A stretch of 27,122 nt of DNA from a virus (taxonomy: Duplodnaviria > Caudoviricetes), in the IMG/VR virus record IMGVR_UViG_3300005662_000183, positions 1-27,122 of that record, one strand, 5' to 3'. Positions 1-8,617 of this stretch are shown here, piece after piece. The notes below the pieces were generated by a model. The model saw only the letters and a list, made by a program, of their open reading frames with translations. It made no database searches and was not told where the DNA came from. The first letter of the stretch is position 1. Each line of letters begins with the position of its first letter. The position numbers were made by a program, and so were the translations under genes.

Positions 1-65
1 TCGAATCTGCAAAAATTTAGCAGGTTTTCGAGATCGTTAAAAATTTTAACAACTTCCGGTTTCAT
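1..65 (-). CDS. hypothetical protein, 5' end only (runs off the window)
   Basis: ATG at 65-63 preceded by AAGGA SD, 13 nt after the QueD-like stop; reads MKPEVVKIFNDLENLLNFCRF..., open to the window edge. Not in the ORF track. Confidence 0.65.
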   Translation of the reverse strand, partial: MKPEVVKIFNDLENLLNFCRF

Positions 66-78
66 ATACTGTCCTTAA

Positions 79-501
79 TTAATATTTGATAAATGAACCA
101 TTTTCTCCGTCTTCGGAGACTTCAATCCAGATCTCTCGACCCGGATACTTTTGTGAAATAACGTCATACAAATCGCCTGACATCATTTCGCAACTTTTAT
201 AATCTAAACTAAGTGTAGCATCTTTGTAAAGATTTAGCAACCATCGTTTAAACTGAATAAACTCAATATCACGGTCGTCGTGTGTAACACCAATCCAAAC
301 TTTAAAGTGGAAGATGTGACGATGCGGATAGCCTAGGAAACTTACATCATATTCGTCACCTGTGGCAAGTGCTGGATCTGTAAGTGCGGCTGGATACTTG
401 TGCATACCTTCCTTCTGGAAAGTAACCCAAATCATTTTGTTAGGGCGGATATCTTGTTTAATAATCATAGGATTTAAATTTTCAATTTTGCCAACTATCA
501 T
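79..501 (-). CDS. queD: QueD/6-pyruvoyl-tetrahydropterin synthase-like T-fold protein (7-deazaguanine precursor pathway)
   Basis: His pattern GMH...YPHRHIFHFKV resembles the Zn-binding H...HGH of QueD/PTPS; DIEFIQFK resembles (V/I)DF..LK; SCEMMS resembles the C-terminal T/S-x-E motif; ends EVSEDGEN. ATGA overlap with upstream gene; lies near the TGT-like gene. Confidence 0.7.
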   Translation of the reverse strand: MIVGKIENLNPMIIKQDIRPNKMIWVTFQKEGMHKYPAALTDPALATGDEYDVSFLGYPHRHIFHFKVWIGVTHDDRDIEFIQFKRWLLNLYKDATLSLDYKSCEMMSGDLYDVISQKYPGREIWIEVSEDGENGSFIKY

Positions 502-1016
502 TTTACAATCTCATCGTTAGCATATTGTGACCAGTCTGTAAAGTTTTTACGATCCATAAGTGAGTGTAGACTGTGAGACCACACACCTGGGTTTGTTGCT
601 TTAAAATCTTTGTCATCGATTTTAAGCATTGTATTATAATTCCATAATTTAATATAAGGAATTGGCACACGAATCTGCGGAATAAAATTATTGTACTCGC
701 AATAACCACTTTCATGAAATTCTTCAACTTGGTTAAACGGAATATCTAATGAGCACAATACATCCTTTTTAAGGAAATAAAAGATCATTTCTTCCCATGC
801 TTTATGTTCTTCATAGGTTTGAGGATTAAAACTATGATTAGCACCAAAGAAGATATGCTTACACTGCTTATGCTTGAAGAATTCTTCAATAGCATCGCAG
901 GGCTGAACTCCTACAACAAACAAACTTAATTTTCCAAAGGCAGGAGTATGTTCAATCTCAGTGCCAACGAAGAAGTTTACACCTGCAACTACTCCGTCAT
1001 TGTAGTTACGCTTCAT
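498..1016 (-). CDS. conserved phage hypothetical protein (172 aa)
   Basis: Start reassigned to ATG 1016 (MKRNYNDG..., AAGGA SD upstream); the track's 1103 start overlaps the neighbouring gene. Globular composition, no motif recognised. Confidence 0.7.
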   Translation of the reverse strand: MKRNYNDGVVAGVNFFVGTEIEHTPAFGKLSLFVVGVQPCDAIEEFFKHKQCKHIFFGANHSFNPQTYEEHKAWEEMIFYFLKKDVLCSLDIPFNQVEEFHESGYCEYNNFIPQIRVPIPYIKLWNYNTMLKIDDKDFKATNPGVWSHSLHSLMDRKNFTDWSQYANDEIVK

Positions 1017-1266
1017 CTTTACTGTCCTTTGTTTGTTGGTATTGTTTGAACATCCTAGTAACATCTTCCATTTGTGTTTGAAATACATGCGGGCTAGCGT
1101 CACACACTTGCATCATATCCCAATCACTAGGATAGTGACGTAGTACACCTCTAGCTTGACTGCGTATAATTGCAGGAACTTTAGGAGTCTTTTGCGGATC
1201 CATCAATTCCTGCAAGAATTGCCGAGCCATTTTTACTGCACGATATCTTTCGTCGGGTAGTGTCAT
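1006..1266 (-). CDS. BPSL0761-family-like small protein
   Basis: MTLPDERYRAV...FLQEL...VPAIIRSQARGVLRHYPS matches my recollection of this family's MT.P.ER.RA...LRHYP pattern; ATGA overlap with the TGT-like gene. Confidence 0.65.
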   Translation of the reverse strand: MTLPDERYRAVKMARQFLQELMDPQKTPKVPAIIRSQARGVLRHYPSDWDMMQVCDASPHVFQTQMEDVTRMFKQYQQTKDSKDEA

Positions 1267-2963
1267 TCTTTTACCTGTAATTCTAGCTGGTCTAGTAATT
1301 TTTCTTCTTCTTCACTAAATTCTTCGGAGTGCTCTAATTGTACAGAGGTCTCTTCTTCAAAGTCAAATAGATTGGCAAATTGTGTTGCCGCATTAACTGT
1401 TTTCTTACCAGTAGCACCTCGTGTGCCAATAATAGACTGCCAAAACTTATCAAAAGATTCAATGATTAATTCTGCATCTGCACGATTAGGTGTAGAGAAA
1501 ATAGCATCAACTACATCTCTAAAATAGATACGATCAAACTTTTCCTGTACTAGCATAGCCGGGACAGCACCGTTATCATATGCTTGATTAGCACGTTGAA
1601 CAGCATTCAAGTGAGCGTACACATTATGACCCATTTGAATAGCATAGCTAAATGAGTCCCATGACGTTCTGCCTTCCTTACCGATCTTATTTAGGTCGCC
1701 CGGCTTGTATATACAAACATCTTTTATTTGGCACTGATCGATGAGGGGACTTGATTCAAAGTTTGCAAAAACTCCGTCTTGGATGACTGCGTCTTTGAAC
1801 AGTCTTGTGTCTGTTGCGTACTTCTTGTCATCAGCAGATGGCACCATGCGGTAGACCCATTTGGTTCTATCTTCAAGTTCTGTTTGTATGTAGATTTGTC
1901 CGTTTGCAGTTGCCAGAAACGGTGAGGCGCAGTCAAAAGATATGGTAAAGTTTTCATTATGGTATTTTCTTACTGCTCGTTGAATATCAGTTAATAAAGT
2001 TGCCCACTCTAACTTAGAGGTGCCCAGGAAGTGCATCCAGTCTTGATGACCTTTTTCAAGAAGTCCATCAAACTTTAATGCTACTAATCTTTTTAATACC
2101 AGATGGATGTCACACATGTTCTGTCCACCCATGGCCCAGCCGTTAAATGCTTTGTCACCGTAGACTTTAGGATCGCAAAAATCCTTCATCTTAGAATACC
2201 AGTCATCGGCCTGTGCATGTGTTTCACCTTGTAAAACGTTAAGGAACTTACAAGCACCAGTGCGATGTTTGATCCAATACTCGTTATTATACTTGGTAGC
2301 TTCTACGGCCTGATCGTATGATTCAATGCCAGTGGCTTTACGACCAACTGGACTGCGTTCTACCCACGCAGGGATATCAAGCACCATGCCGTAATCCATA
2401 AGTGCATCCATCCAAGTTAATACTTGCTCACGTTTCTTCTGTGCGGCATCTAGTCTTGCTTGATACTGCTTTACGTGATCAACCTTAGTATACTTGAGGT
2501 TGCCCTTTTTATCCATGGCATGATTACCAGTAGGATCAATAACAGGCACTAGTTCAATACCTTTAGCAACCGCTTCTGCCATCATTGCCTTTACTTCTGG
2601 GCCAGTTGGATCTCTCCATTCACCTTCCCATACACCCTTACCAATTTGGAAGCCACCTGAATCACCTAATACCCAGCTTGTGCTACGGTCTCTATTACGG
2701 AACATGTCTTCACTATCGTCTTTCTTAGTAAGGTCTAAGTTAGCATGACCTGCTGAATAGAGGCACCACTTGTAGTAGAATTCCCCTTTTTCAGGTTCTA
2801 GATAGTTTAAACTTTCCATACCAGCACCCCACACGCTTGGAATACGTGCAGGATCTACGTAATTTCCGTGCCGTTGCTTGCCGATAAATGTAGCGTAGAA
2901 TCCCGAGGTCGCTGGTAAAAACACAGCATAGTCGTTTTGAGTAGCTGTTAAGTTTTTATTCAT
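1263..2963 (-). CDS. tRNA-guanine transglycosylase-fold protein (DpdA-like guanine/7-deazaguanine transglycosylase)
   Basis: TGT signature DSGGFQ, MVLDIP, NVLQG, GWAMGG, HFLG and SFDCASP equivalents of the TGT catalytic motifs; acidic C-terminal tail; QueD-like neighbour. Confidence 0.8.
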   Translation of the reverse strand: MNKNLTATQNDYAVFLPATSGFYATFIGKQRHGNYVDPARIPSVWGAGMESLNYLEPEKGEFYYKWCLYSAGHANLDLTKKDDSEDMFRNRDRSTSWVLGDSGGFQIGKGVWEGEWRDPTGPEVKAMMAEAVAKGIELVPVIDPTGNHAMDKKGNLKYTKVDHVKQYQARLDAAQKKREQVLTWMDALMDYGMVLDIPAWVERSPVGRKATGIESYDQAVEATKYNNEYWIKHRTGACKFLNVLQGETHAQADDWYSKMKDFCDPKVYGDKAFNGWAMGGQNMCDIHLVLKRLVALKFDGLLEKGHQDWMHFLGTSKLEWATLLTDIQRAVRKYHNENFTISFDCASPFLATANGQIYIQTELEDRTKWVYRMVPSADDKKYATDTRLFKDAVIQDGVFANFESSPLIDQCQIKDVCIYKPGDLNKIGKEGRTSWDSFSYAIQMGHNVYAHLNAVQRANQAYDNGAVPAMLVQEKFDRIYFRDVVDAIFSTPNRADAELIIESFDKFWQSIIGTRGATGKKTVNAATQFANLFDFEEETSVQLEHSEEFSEEEEKLLDQLELQVKE

Positions 2964-3694
2964 TATTTGCTTTGAGCTGGTAATGTGTAGTTGTATTCAG
3001 CCATGCCGCTGTCAACTGTAATTTGTAATGCACCTACATCTGCAATACGCATAGTCTTGTCGCCGTCTAAGTTAAGAATACTCATAACTTGCTGAACTGG
3101 CCATGACCATGTTTGCTTTAATTTTCCACTGACACCTGCTTGAAAGGTAAAGCTACCTGCGTGGGTACTAGCATCACCAAAACTAAACACAAGGTCATCG
3201 CCTTTGGTAGTTACTTGAAACACTGGTTCTTCGCTATGTGCCTGTGCCTGGAATTTCAATCTTTGAATACTAGACATGTTGGGTTGGAATTCAATATCCC
3301 ACTTGGCACCTTTAAACTTTACAGTCTTAAGTTTTTCGTTAATGATCTCCGAGTTCATAAAGCGATAGTCATTGACAAAGTCACCTTCTTTGTTTTCAAA
3401 GTGAATACCAGTAGGAATGTCATCACCGTTTCTGTTTTGTCTGATAACATCAATCTGCGCATCTTCTTTATACTCAGGGCACTTTAAGTGAATACTGAGT
3501 TTATCTAAGTTAGGCATACCAAACGTACCTTCAAATGCTGGTACTGCGGTATGTGTCTTAGCGTTGACTACAACAGATCGATCCTCTGCCATTGACTCGA
3601 TAACAGTGTCCGAGTCACTTCCGCTGATTTTAACTAGCGGTAAAAATCCTAGGCTGTGTGTATGAGCAACTAGGTCTTGTAAAATATCTTTCAT
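2963..3694 (-). CDS. probable sliding clamp / DNA polymerase processivity factor (T4 gp45-like)
   Basis: 243 aa from MKDILQD (GGAG SD 6 nt upstream); beta/alpha two-domain pattern, PCNA/gp45-like ending ...YNYTLPAQSK; close to the PolB gene. Confidence 0.6.
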   Translation of the reverse strand: MKDILQDLVAHTHSLGFLPLVKISGSDSDTVIESMAEDRSVVVNAKTHTAVPAFEGTFGMPNLDKLSIHLKCPEYKEDAQIDVIRQNRNGDDIPTGIHFENKEGDFVNDYRFMNSEIINEKLKTVKFKGAKWDIEFQPNMSSIQRLKFQAQAHSEEPVFQVTTKGDDLVFSFGDASTHAGSFTFQAGVSGKLKQTWSWPVQQVMSILNLDGDKTMRIADVGALQITVDSGMAEYNYTLPAQSK

Positions 3695-3714
3695 ATTATT
3701 CTCCATGTTTAATG

Positions 3715-3743
3715 ATTATATTTAGGTTTGCGGTAAAAGTCAA
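3715..3743 (-). promoter_or_regulatory. sigma70-type promoter TTGACT-N17-TATAAT for the clamp/TGT/QueD operon
   Basis: -35 at 3743-3738, -10 at 3720-3715, 17-nt spacer, 21 nt upstream of the ATG; an overlapping TAAATA lies at 3724-3719. Confidence 0.8.
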
Positions 3744-4513
3744 GAGGTTTTTCTTACTTTTTTGTTATATTCTATTGCCGTTTTAATAAGCGTGACCGAT
3801 TCTCCAATTTGGTCAGTCCAATGTGTAAATGCTTCGGTGTCTTTTGGAAAGCAATGCCCTCCCCAACCTCGTAGCCCATCTGTCCCGGGTACCATTGTAT
3901 GGTCTCCGCCTATTCGTTGATCCTGACTAATCAGTTGTCTAACAGCATCAAAATTTAAATCTTCCTTTTGACAGACATCGTATATCTGATTAAAGAAGCT
4001 GGTCTTCAGTGCTAAAAAACTATTCACTGAATACTTGATTAACATTGATTCTTTGGCAGTGCAATTGAACGCTATTTTACATTCTGGTAGTGTGCCTAAA
4101 AACAATTCCTGCCAAAAACACTCGGGGTCTTCCCCACCAAGAATGATATATTTCTGATTTAGAAAATCCTGATCAGAAGTTTTAGCTCTTAAAAATTCTG
4201 GACTGTAGACAATACTATGCTCGGCATACATTTCTTGTATAGCATCTATCGCACCTGGGCTTACTGTACTTTTTACCAGTGCTGGCATAAACACAGGCAC
4301 TTGATCTAACACATTAACGATATTTGATGGGTCGCAAAATCCTCCATCTGTGTTAGGAGTGGACACACAAACAATAATGCCATCAGCATCGTGGTGATAT
4401 TGTATTTCATTAGTAGTATATTGTGGGTCAACGATTACTACTTCATGTGTCTTTTTAAGAGCGTTAGCAACAGCTTTGCCAACAAATCCGTATCCTGCAA
4501 TAATTATTTTCAT
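3740..4513 (-). CDS. UDP-glucose/GDP-mannose dehydrogenase family protein (short form, 257 aa)
   Basis: Rossmann GYGFVG, VKSTV, SPEFL, KYSVNSFLA, and GWGGHCFPKD with the catalytic Cys; true start MKIII at 4513, 1 nt after the PolB stop. Confidence 0.88.
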   Translation of the reverse strand: MKIIIAGYGFVGKAVANALKKTHEVVIVDPQYTTNEIQYHHDADGIIVCVSTPNTDGGFCDPSNIVNVLDQVPVFMPALVKSTVSPGAIDAIQEMYAEHSIVYSPEFLRAKTSDQDFLNQKYIILGGEDPECFWQELFLGTLPECKIAFNCTAKESMLIKYSVNSFLALKTSFFNQIYDVCQKEDLNFDAVRQLISQDQRIGGDHTMVPGTDGLRGWGGHCFPKDTEAFTHWTDQIGESVTLIKTAIEYNKKVRKTS

Positions 4514-4514
4514 A

Positions 4515-7181
4515 TTAGAACTCAAATAAACTGTTAAAGGTATTCTTTTCTTCAGTACTGGTAACATCCCAATTAAGTACGCCAATTAGGTTAGACAATT
4601 TGTTATCAATAATTGTCTGCTCCATTTCAGCATGATCAAACGGTAAGTCTTTAAACCATTGCGGTAGTCTAAGTTCGTCTACGGGATATGCAACTGATGT
4701 AAAGCCCATTGGGTTTTGTTTCAGTTTACAGACAATTACTTTTGCACCGTCCGTAACACCCATAGAATACTTGTCGCCCATCATCCGTTTCAATGTATTC
4801 CAGTTGATACTAGCACGAACGTGACCGGGCATGTTTGCTTTGCCTGCTTTCTTTTCTTTAGCTTCGTACTCTGTAATGTTGTTGGCACGTTTAGGTGAAC
4901 CTTTTTCCCAACCGGGCCTGCCTTTAAACTGTATTCTAAACTCACTAATAAAGTCTAATACTTGTTGCTCGGTTGATCCGGTTAATACTTTCTCAAGTAC
5001 ATCACTTAGAAAGTTTTGAATAAATTCTGGAGTATCACTGCGCTTAAGGTCAAGGCCCATTGCTTTAATCTTACCCGGCTTGCCATCAACGTCACTACGC
5101 TTGCCTTCTTTATCATAATAAAGAACAGCATAACGCTTCTTGGTAATGAACAATCCGCGACTAGCAACAATCTCACGACCTGCTTTAATAACTTCACCAC
5201 GGCTCTTTGGACAATGGAAGGCATCTAACATGAACTGTGGGAAAGTAGCATTGACTTCTTCACCAATTTGGTCATACAAGCTAATTACACTTTCTTTAGA
5301 CCACGGAATACTGCCTTTCTCAATGTCCTTCTTTAGCGTAGTGTATGCTGAAAAATAACAAGAGTCTGTGTCACCGTAGATAATAGCTTTACCTGTATGA
5401 TTGTTTTCACCTGTGATAATCTCGTTTACCTTACCGGCCATGTGTCGAGCAATAGCACGACCTGTTAATGTAGTTGATTGACCAATACGGTTATCGAAGA
5501 ATCTACAACCACTATTGAGAATAGCACCATACAGACTATTCAAGTTAATTTTCTTAACTAGTTGTCTCTTGTCCCAATATTCTTCTTCAATCTTGTTGCC
5601 TGCTTTGATTGCTTCTTTTAGTTTGGCCTGCATCTCTTTACGTTCAGCATACCAACGCTTGAGCAATCCAGGAATAATACCTTCCTTCTCGTAGGTAAAG
5701 ATAGTTCCGTTAGCACTTAGCATCCAAGGTTGATTGCTGTCGAAGATTAATTTATATACTTCGGCTGCACTTAACATATCTGACGAATTATCTTCCCAGT
5801 CTATATTAATTTCTGTACCAACTTCTTGGTTCATGACAGCAGTATATTCTAAACTACCAAACATGCCTTCCCACGCCGCCGCAAAACTTTTACCCTTGGC
5901 AATTTGTCCTTGGATATACTCATCAGTCATAGTTGGCCGCAATTGACCAATGATAGTCTCTGGACCCATATTAAGCGCACGAATAGCACTTGGATAAAGA
6001 CTGTTAATATCTAATGAGCCAATCCAATCTTGCAATCCTTCTTTAGGGTATGCAACATACGCACCTGCCGCTTGACTGCTTTCTCTATCATCCATCTTAA
6101 CACGATTGGGCACTTGGAAGCCTCTACGATGTGCTTCGTTGATAATAGCCTGTTCAGTAACAGCCACAGCACCCATTGTAGTCTGTAGCAATACTGTGCA
6201 TTCGTGCGCCAGTGTGTTAGCAAGATCAATAAACTTTAGTTTCTTATCTAGTTTATCTAGCAGTGCAGTATCCTGTCTGTTATATTCAATAAACTTTTTA
6301 AAGTCATGATTATAAAGTTGATCTAGCGATCCTTCGTATGGCGTTTTACGTTCGTCAAGTTCGTATTCTGCAATAGCATCCAATCGATAACTGTGGCGTT
6401 CTTCGTATGTGTACTTGCGATACAATTCGAGACTGTCCAAGTGTACACGACCTACTAGGTCAAAGGTTACAGAGTCCCGTCCAAACTTTTCGTATTCTCG
6501 TCTTTTAGGAAACTGGTTAAACAAACACAGTCTACGTGTATCTTCCTTGCTCAGAGCTTTGGTAATACGGTTAACAGTGTATGGCATATCAAATCCTTCG
6601 CTGTTCCAACCACTTAGGATGTCGGCATCTTGAATTAAATCCAAGAACATGTCTAGCATCTCTGATTCTTTTTCAAACAGATACGTGTTAGGAAATTCAG
6701 CAACTGCTTCTTTGGCCTGCTCCATAGTCATAGTCTTTGGGGGAACTGCTAGACATACCAGGGTATCTAACCATTGTAGGTGAACAGCAATCGCAGTGAT
6801 TGGCATAAACGCATCATCTGGTGATGCGTAGCCGCGCTCTGGATCAAAGTCCACCTCAATATCCCAAAATGCAATGTTTAATTTCGGAGCATCTTGATTC
6901 AGATAGTGTTCACTTAGACATACGAAGATTGGATTAATATCAGCTTCAAATAATTGCTTACCTGAATTGATGGCTTGTTCTTTGCGTAGTTCTTTAGTGT
7001 TCTTACAGACAATCCTGCTAAGTGGATCTCCGTAAATTGATTGATGTTTGCCCTTAGGGTCTTTGTAATAAAAGGTGTGTTTGACAGGGTAATCTTTGTA
7101 TTCCCGCTCACCTTTTTTATTTCGTTCAACGATCTTGATGACATCTTCATCACGGTTGAACCATGCGTCTACATAACTCAA
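4515..7181 (-). CDS. family B DNA polymerase with 3'-5' exonuclease (T4 gp43-like)
   Basis: Exonuclease motifs DIE, GWNSEGFD, YNRQD; polymerase motifs DINSLYPS, KINLNSLYG, YGDTDS, KKRY; TTG start with AGGAG SD at 7192-7188. Confidence 0.97.
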   Translation of the reverse strand: MSYVDAWFNRDEDVIKIVERNKKGEREYKDYPVKHTFYYKDPKGKHQSIYGDPLSRIVCKNTKELRKEQAINSGKQLFEADINPIFVCLSEHYLNQDAPKLNIAFWDIEVDFDPERGYASPDDAFMPITAIAVHLQWLDTLVCLAVPPKTMTMEQAKEAVAEFPNTYLFEKESEMLDMFLDLIQDADILSGWNSEGFDMPYTVNRITKALSKEDTRRLCLFNQFPKRREYEKFGRDSVTFDLVGRVHLDSLELYRKYTYEERHSYRLDAIAEYELDERKTPYEGSLDQLYNHDFKKFIEYNRQDTALLDKLDKKLKFIDLANTLAHECTVLLQTTMGAVAVTEQAIINEAHRRGFQVPNRVKMDDRESSQAAGAYVAYPKEGLQDWIGSLDINSLYPSAIRALNMGPETIIGQLRPTMTDEYIQGQIAKGKSFAAAWEGMFGSLEYTAVMNQEVGTEINIDWEDNSSDMLSAAEVYKLIFDSNQPWMLSANGTIFTYEKEGIIPGLLKRWYAERKEMQAKLKEAIKAGNKIEEEYWDKRQLVKKINLNSLYGAILNSGCRFFDNRIGQSTTLTGRAIARHMAGKVNEIITGENNHTGKAIIYGDTDSCYFSAYTTLKKDIEKGSIPWSKESVISLYDQIGEEVNATFPQFMLDAFHCPKSRGEVIKAGREIVASRGLFITKKRYAVLYYDKEGKRSDVDGKPGKIKAMGLDLKRSDTPEFIQNFLSDVLEKVLTGSTEQQVLDFISEFRIQFKGRPGWEKGSPKRANNITEYEAKEKKAGKANMPGHVRASINWNTLKRMMGDKYSMGVTDGAKVIVCKLKQNPMGFTSVAYPVDELRLPQWFKDLPFDHAEMEQTIIDNKLSNLIGVLNWDVTSTEEKNTFNSLFEF

Positions 7182-7193
7182 ATTTTTCTCCTA

Positions 7194-7239
7194 TGCAATT
7201 TATGGCTTGCAAATACCAAATATGCGGTTTATGGCCCGC
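7194..7239 (-). promoter_or_regulatory. tandem RNA hairpins with identical 8-nt loop GCCAUAAA; candidate autogenous translational operator of the polymerase
   Basis: mRNA: GCGG-GCCAUAAA-CCGC (7239-7224) and UGCAA-GCCAUAAA-UUGCA (7211-7194), the latter ending 1 nt before the SD. Confidence 0.6.
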
Positions 7240-7251
7240 TTAGCCTTCATC

Positions 7252-7542
7252 TTATATATTTATAAGCCGACTTAATGCTATAACATCTATAGTGACTAGC
7301 AGTAGATAGTTTGCCACCATACCTGTTGATCCCCTAGTCCAAGCCGCCCAACCAAATATTGCACACTGCACAATGAATAAGGGATACAGAATTAAAAATG
7401 GAGGATTGGGCAGTGTCATACCCATCCATATCGCACACGTAATACTCATACCCCAGGCAGTGATTTCTAAGATAAATCTCAACGGCCATTCGTTAAAATC
7501 GTTTTTAGCCCACTTTAAAATATTTAAAATACTGTTAGTCAT
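7252..7542 (-). CDS. small integral membrane protein
   Basis: 96 aa with about three hydrophobic segments; 8-nt overlap with the upstream gene. Confidence 0.7.
   Translation of the reverse strand: MTNSILNILKWAKNDFNEWPLRFILEITAWGMSITCAIWMGMTLPNPPFLILYPLFIVQCAIFGWAAWTRGSTGMVANYLLLVTIDVIALSRLINI
7257..7264 (-). promoter_or_regulatory. T4-like late promoter motif TATAAATA
   Basis: Exact T4 late consensus upstream of the polymerase leader, within the last codons of the upstream gene. Confidence 0.4.
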
Positions 7543-8617
7543 GTTGTTTTGTAATCCAGTCGGCTATAAAATTGTCTTGTTGATAAAATGAAAATAGATT
7601 AAAATCTTTAATAGAAACTCTAGTTTGGTCTTCTAAAATTGCCGCATACGAATTGCTGCCATAATACAATGTTGTAGACTCGTGTTTGATTTTATTTTTT
7701 AAATAGTCCTGATCGTTTGTATATCTAGCAATATTCTTTTTATATTCGGGTTTAAAATCTTTTAACGTACTAATGGTCGGCTGTTGATGATGGATTGCCC
7801 AATTTTGCATATCTACTCCACTGAAGAAAGTAGTTGAGTTTTTTAAATTTGCAAATCTCATCCTAAATTTTTCTAAAGCATATTGCCATCTCCAGTTATA
7901 CCCAACCCACCATGAAAAGTCGTAGGTAGTGTTAATAGGTCTTGGAGAATTTTTAGCAGACTCTATAAAAATATCATACCAGCAATTGGCTGATGTTTGA
8001 TCTAATTTTTTATGCACAAAGTATTGTACTATATTTTCTCTAGATATGCTATCATTTAGGTAATCTGGGCCAAAGATTTGTAACATTTCGCTACTAAAAT
8101 CGTAGCCGTACAACAAATCTCCGTGTTCTGCACTTACGATTAATCCATCAACGGTTGCATATTTTAGCATCTGTATGGTTTTTTCAGTGCTGATAATAGT
8201 TGCAAGCTCTTGAATTTTTTTAAAAAATGTATAATTTTCTTTAAGGCTATCCATATTACATACTACGAATAGCTGATCTTTTTTGATCCCAGCTTCTAAT
8301 AACGAACACACTACTAAGGTGCTATCAATCCCGCCGCTCCAAAGAACATATAACGGTTGGTTAGAGTTTATTAGCTCTGTGCTCCTATTAAAGCAGGCAG
8401 TATCTAAGTCTATATGGTATTTAGGAAAATCTAGACTGTATTCGTCGGGGGAATAGCTTTTGAAAGGCAATTTAATTTGGTTTGATCGATCAACTAGCCA
8501 CGAATCACTTATCAATCCGTGTACTTGTCTGAATATGTTAACATCGGCTTTGTCTTTGGAAAACTCTATTCCTCTTTGATCTTTCAGTGGAAGAGTAGTT
8601 GAAATCAGTAACTTCAC
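7535..8617 (-). CDS. PP-loop (adenine nucleotide alpha-hydrolase) ATP pyrophosphatase, asparagine-synthetase C-domain-like
   Basis: LWSGGIDST PP-loop; SAEHGDLLYG resembles Asn synthetase GEGADELFG; no glutaminase domain and no QueC Cys cluster; GTGA overlap start. Confidence 0.7.
   Translation of the reverse strand: MKLLISTTLPLKDQRGIEFSKDKADVNIFRQVHGLISDSWLVDRSNQIKLPFKSYSPDEYSLDFPKYHIDLDTACFNRSTELINSNQPLYVLWSGGIDSTLVVCSLLEAGIKKDQLFVVCNMDSLKENYTFFKKIQELATIISTEKTIQMLKYATVDGLIVSAEHGDLLYGYDFSSEMLQIFGPDYLNDSISRENIVQYFVHKKLDQTSANCWYDIFIESAKNSPRPINTTYDFSWWVGYNWRWQYALEKFRMRFANLKNSTTFFSGVDMQNWAIHHQQPTISTLKDFKPEYKKNIARYTNDQDYLKNKIKHESTTLYYGSNSYAAILEDQTRVSIKDFNLFSFYQQDNFIADWITKQHD

Noticed and set aside
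4515-7181. Intein, intron or split in the DNA polymerase; stop-codon reassignment in the window
   Set aside because: The polymerase is a continuous 888-aa ORF with normal motif spacing, and genes are full length under the standard code.
7535-8617. Calling the PP-loop protein QueC to complete the preQ0 pathway
   Set aside because: It has SGGxDS but lacks the QueC C-terminal Cys zinc cluster, is longer than QueC, and its second motif resembles Asn synthetase.
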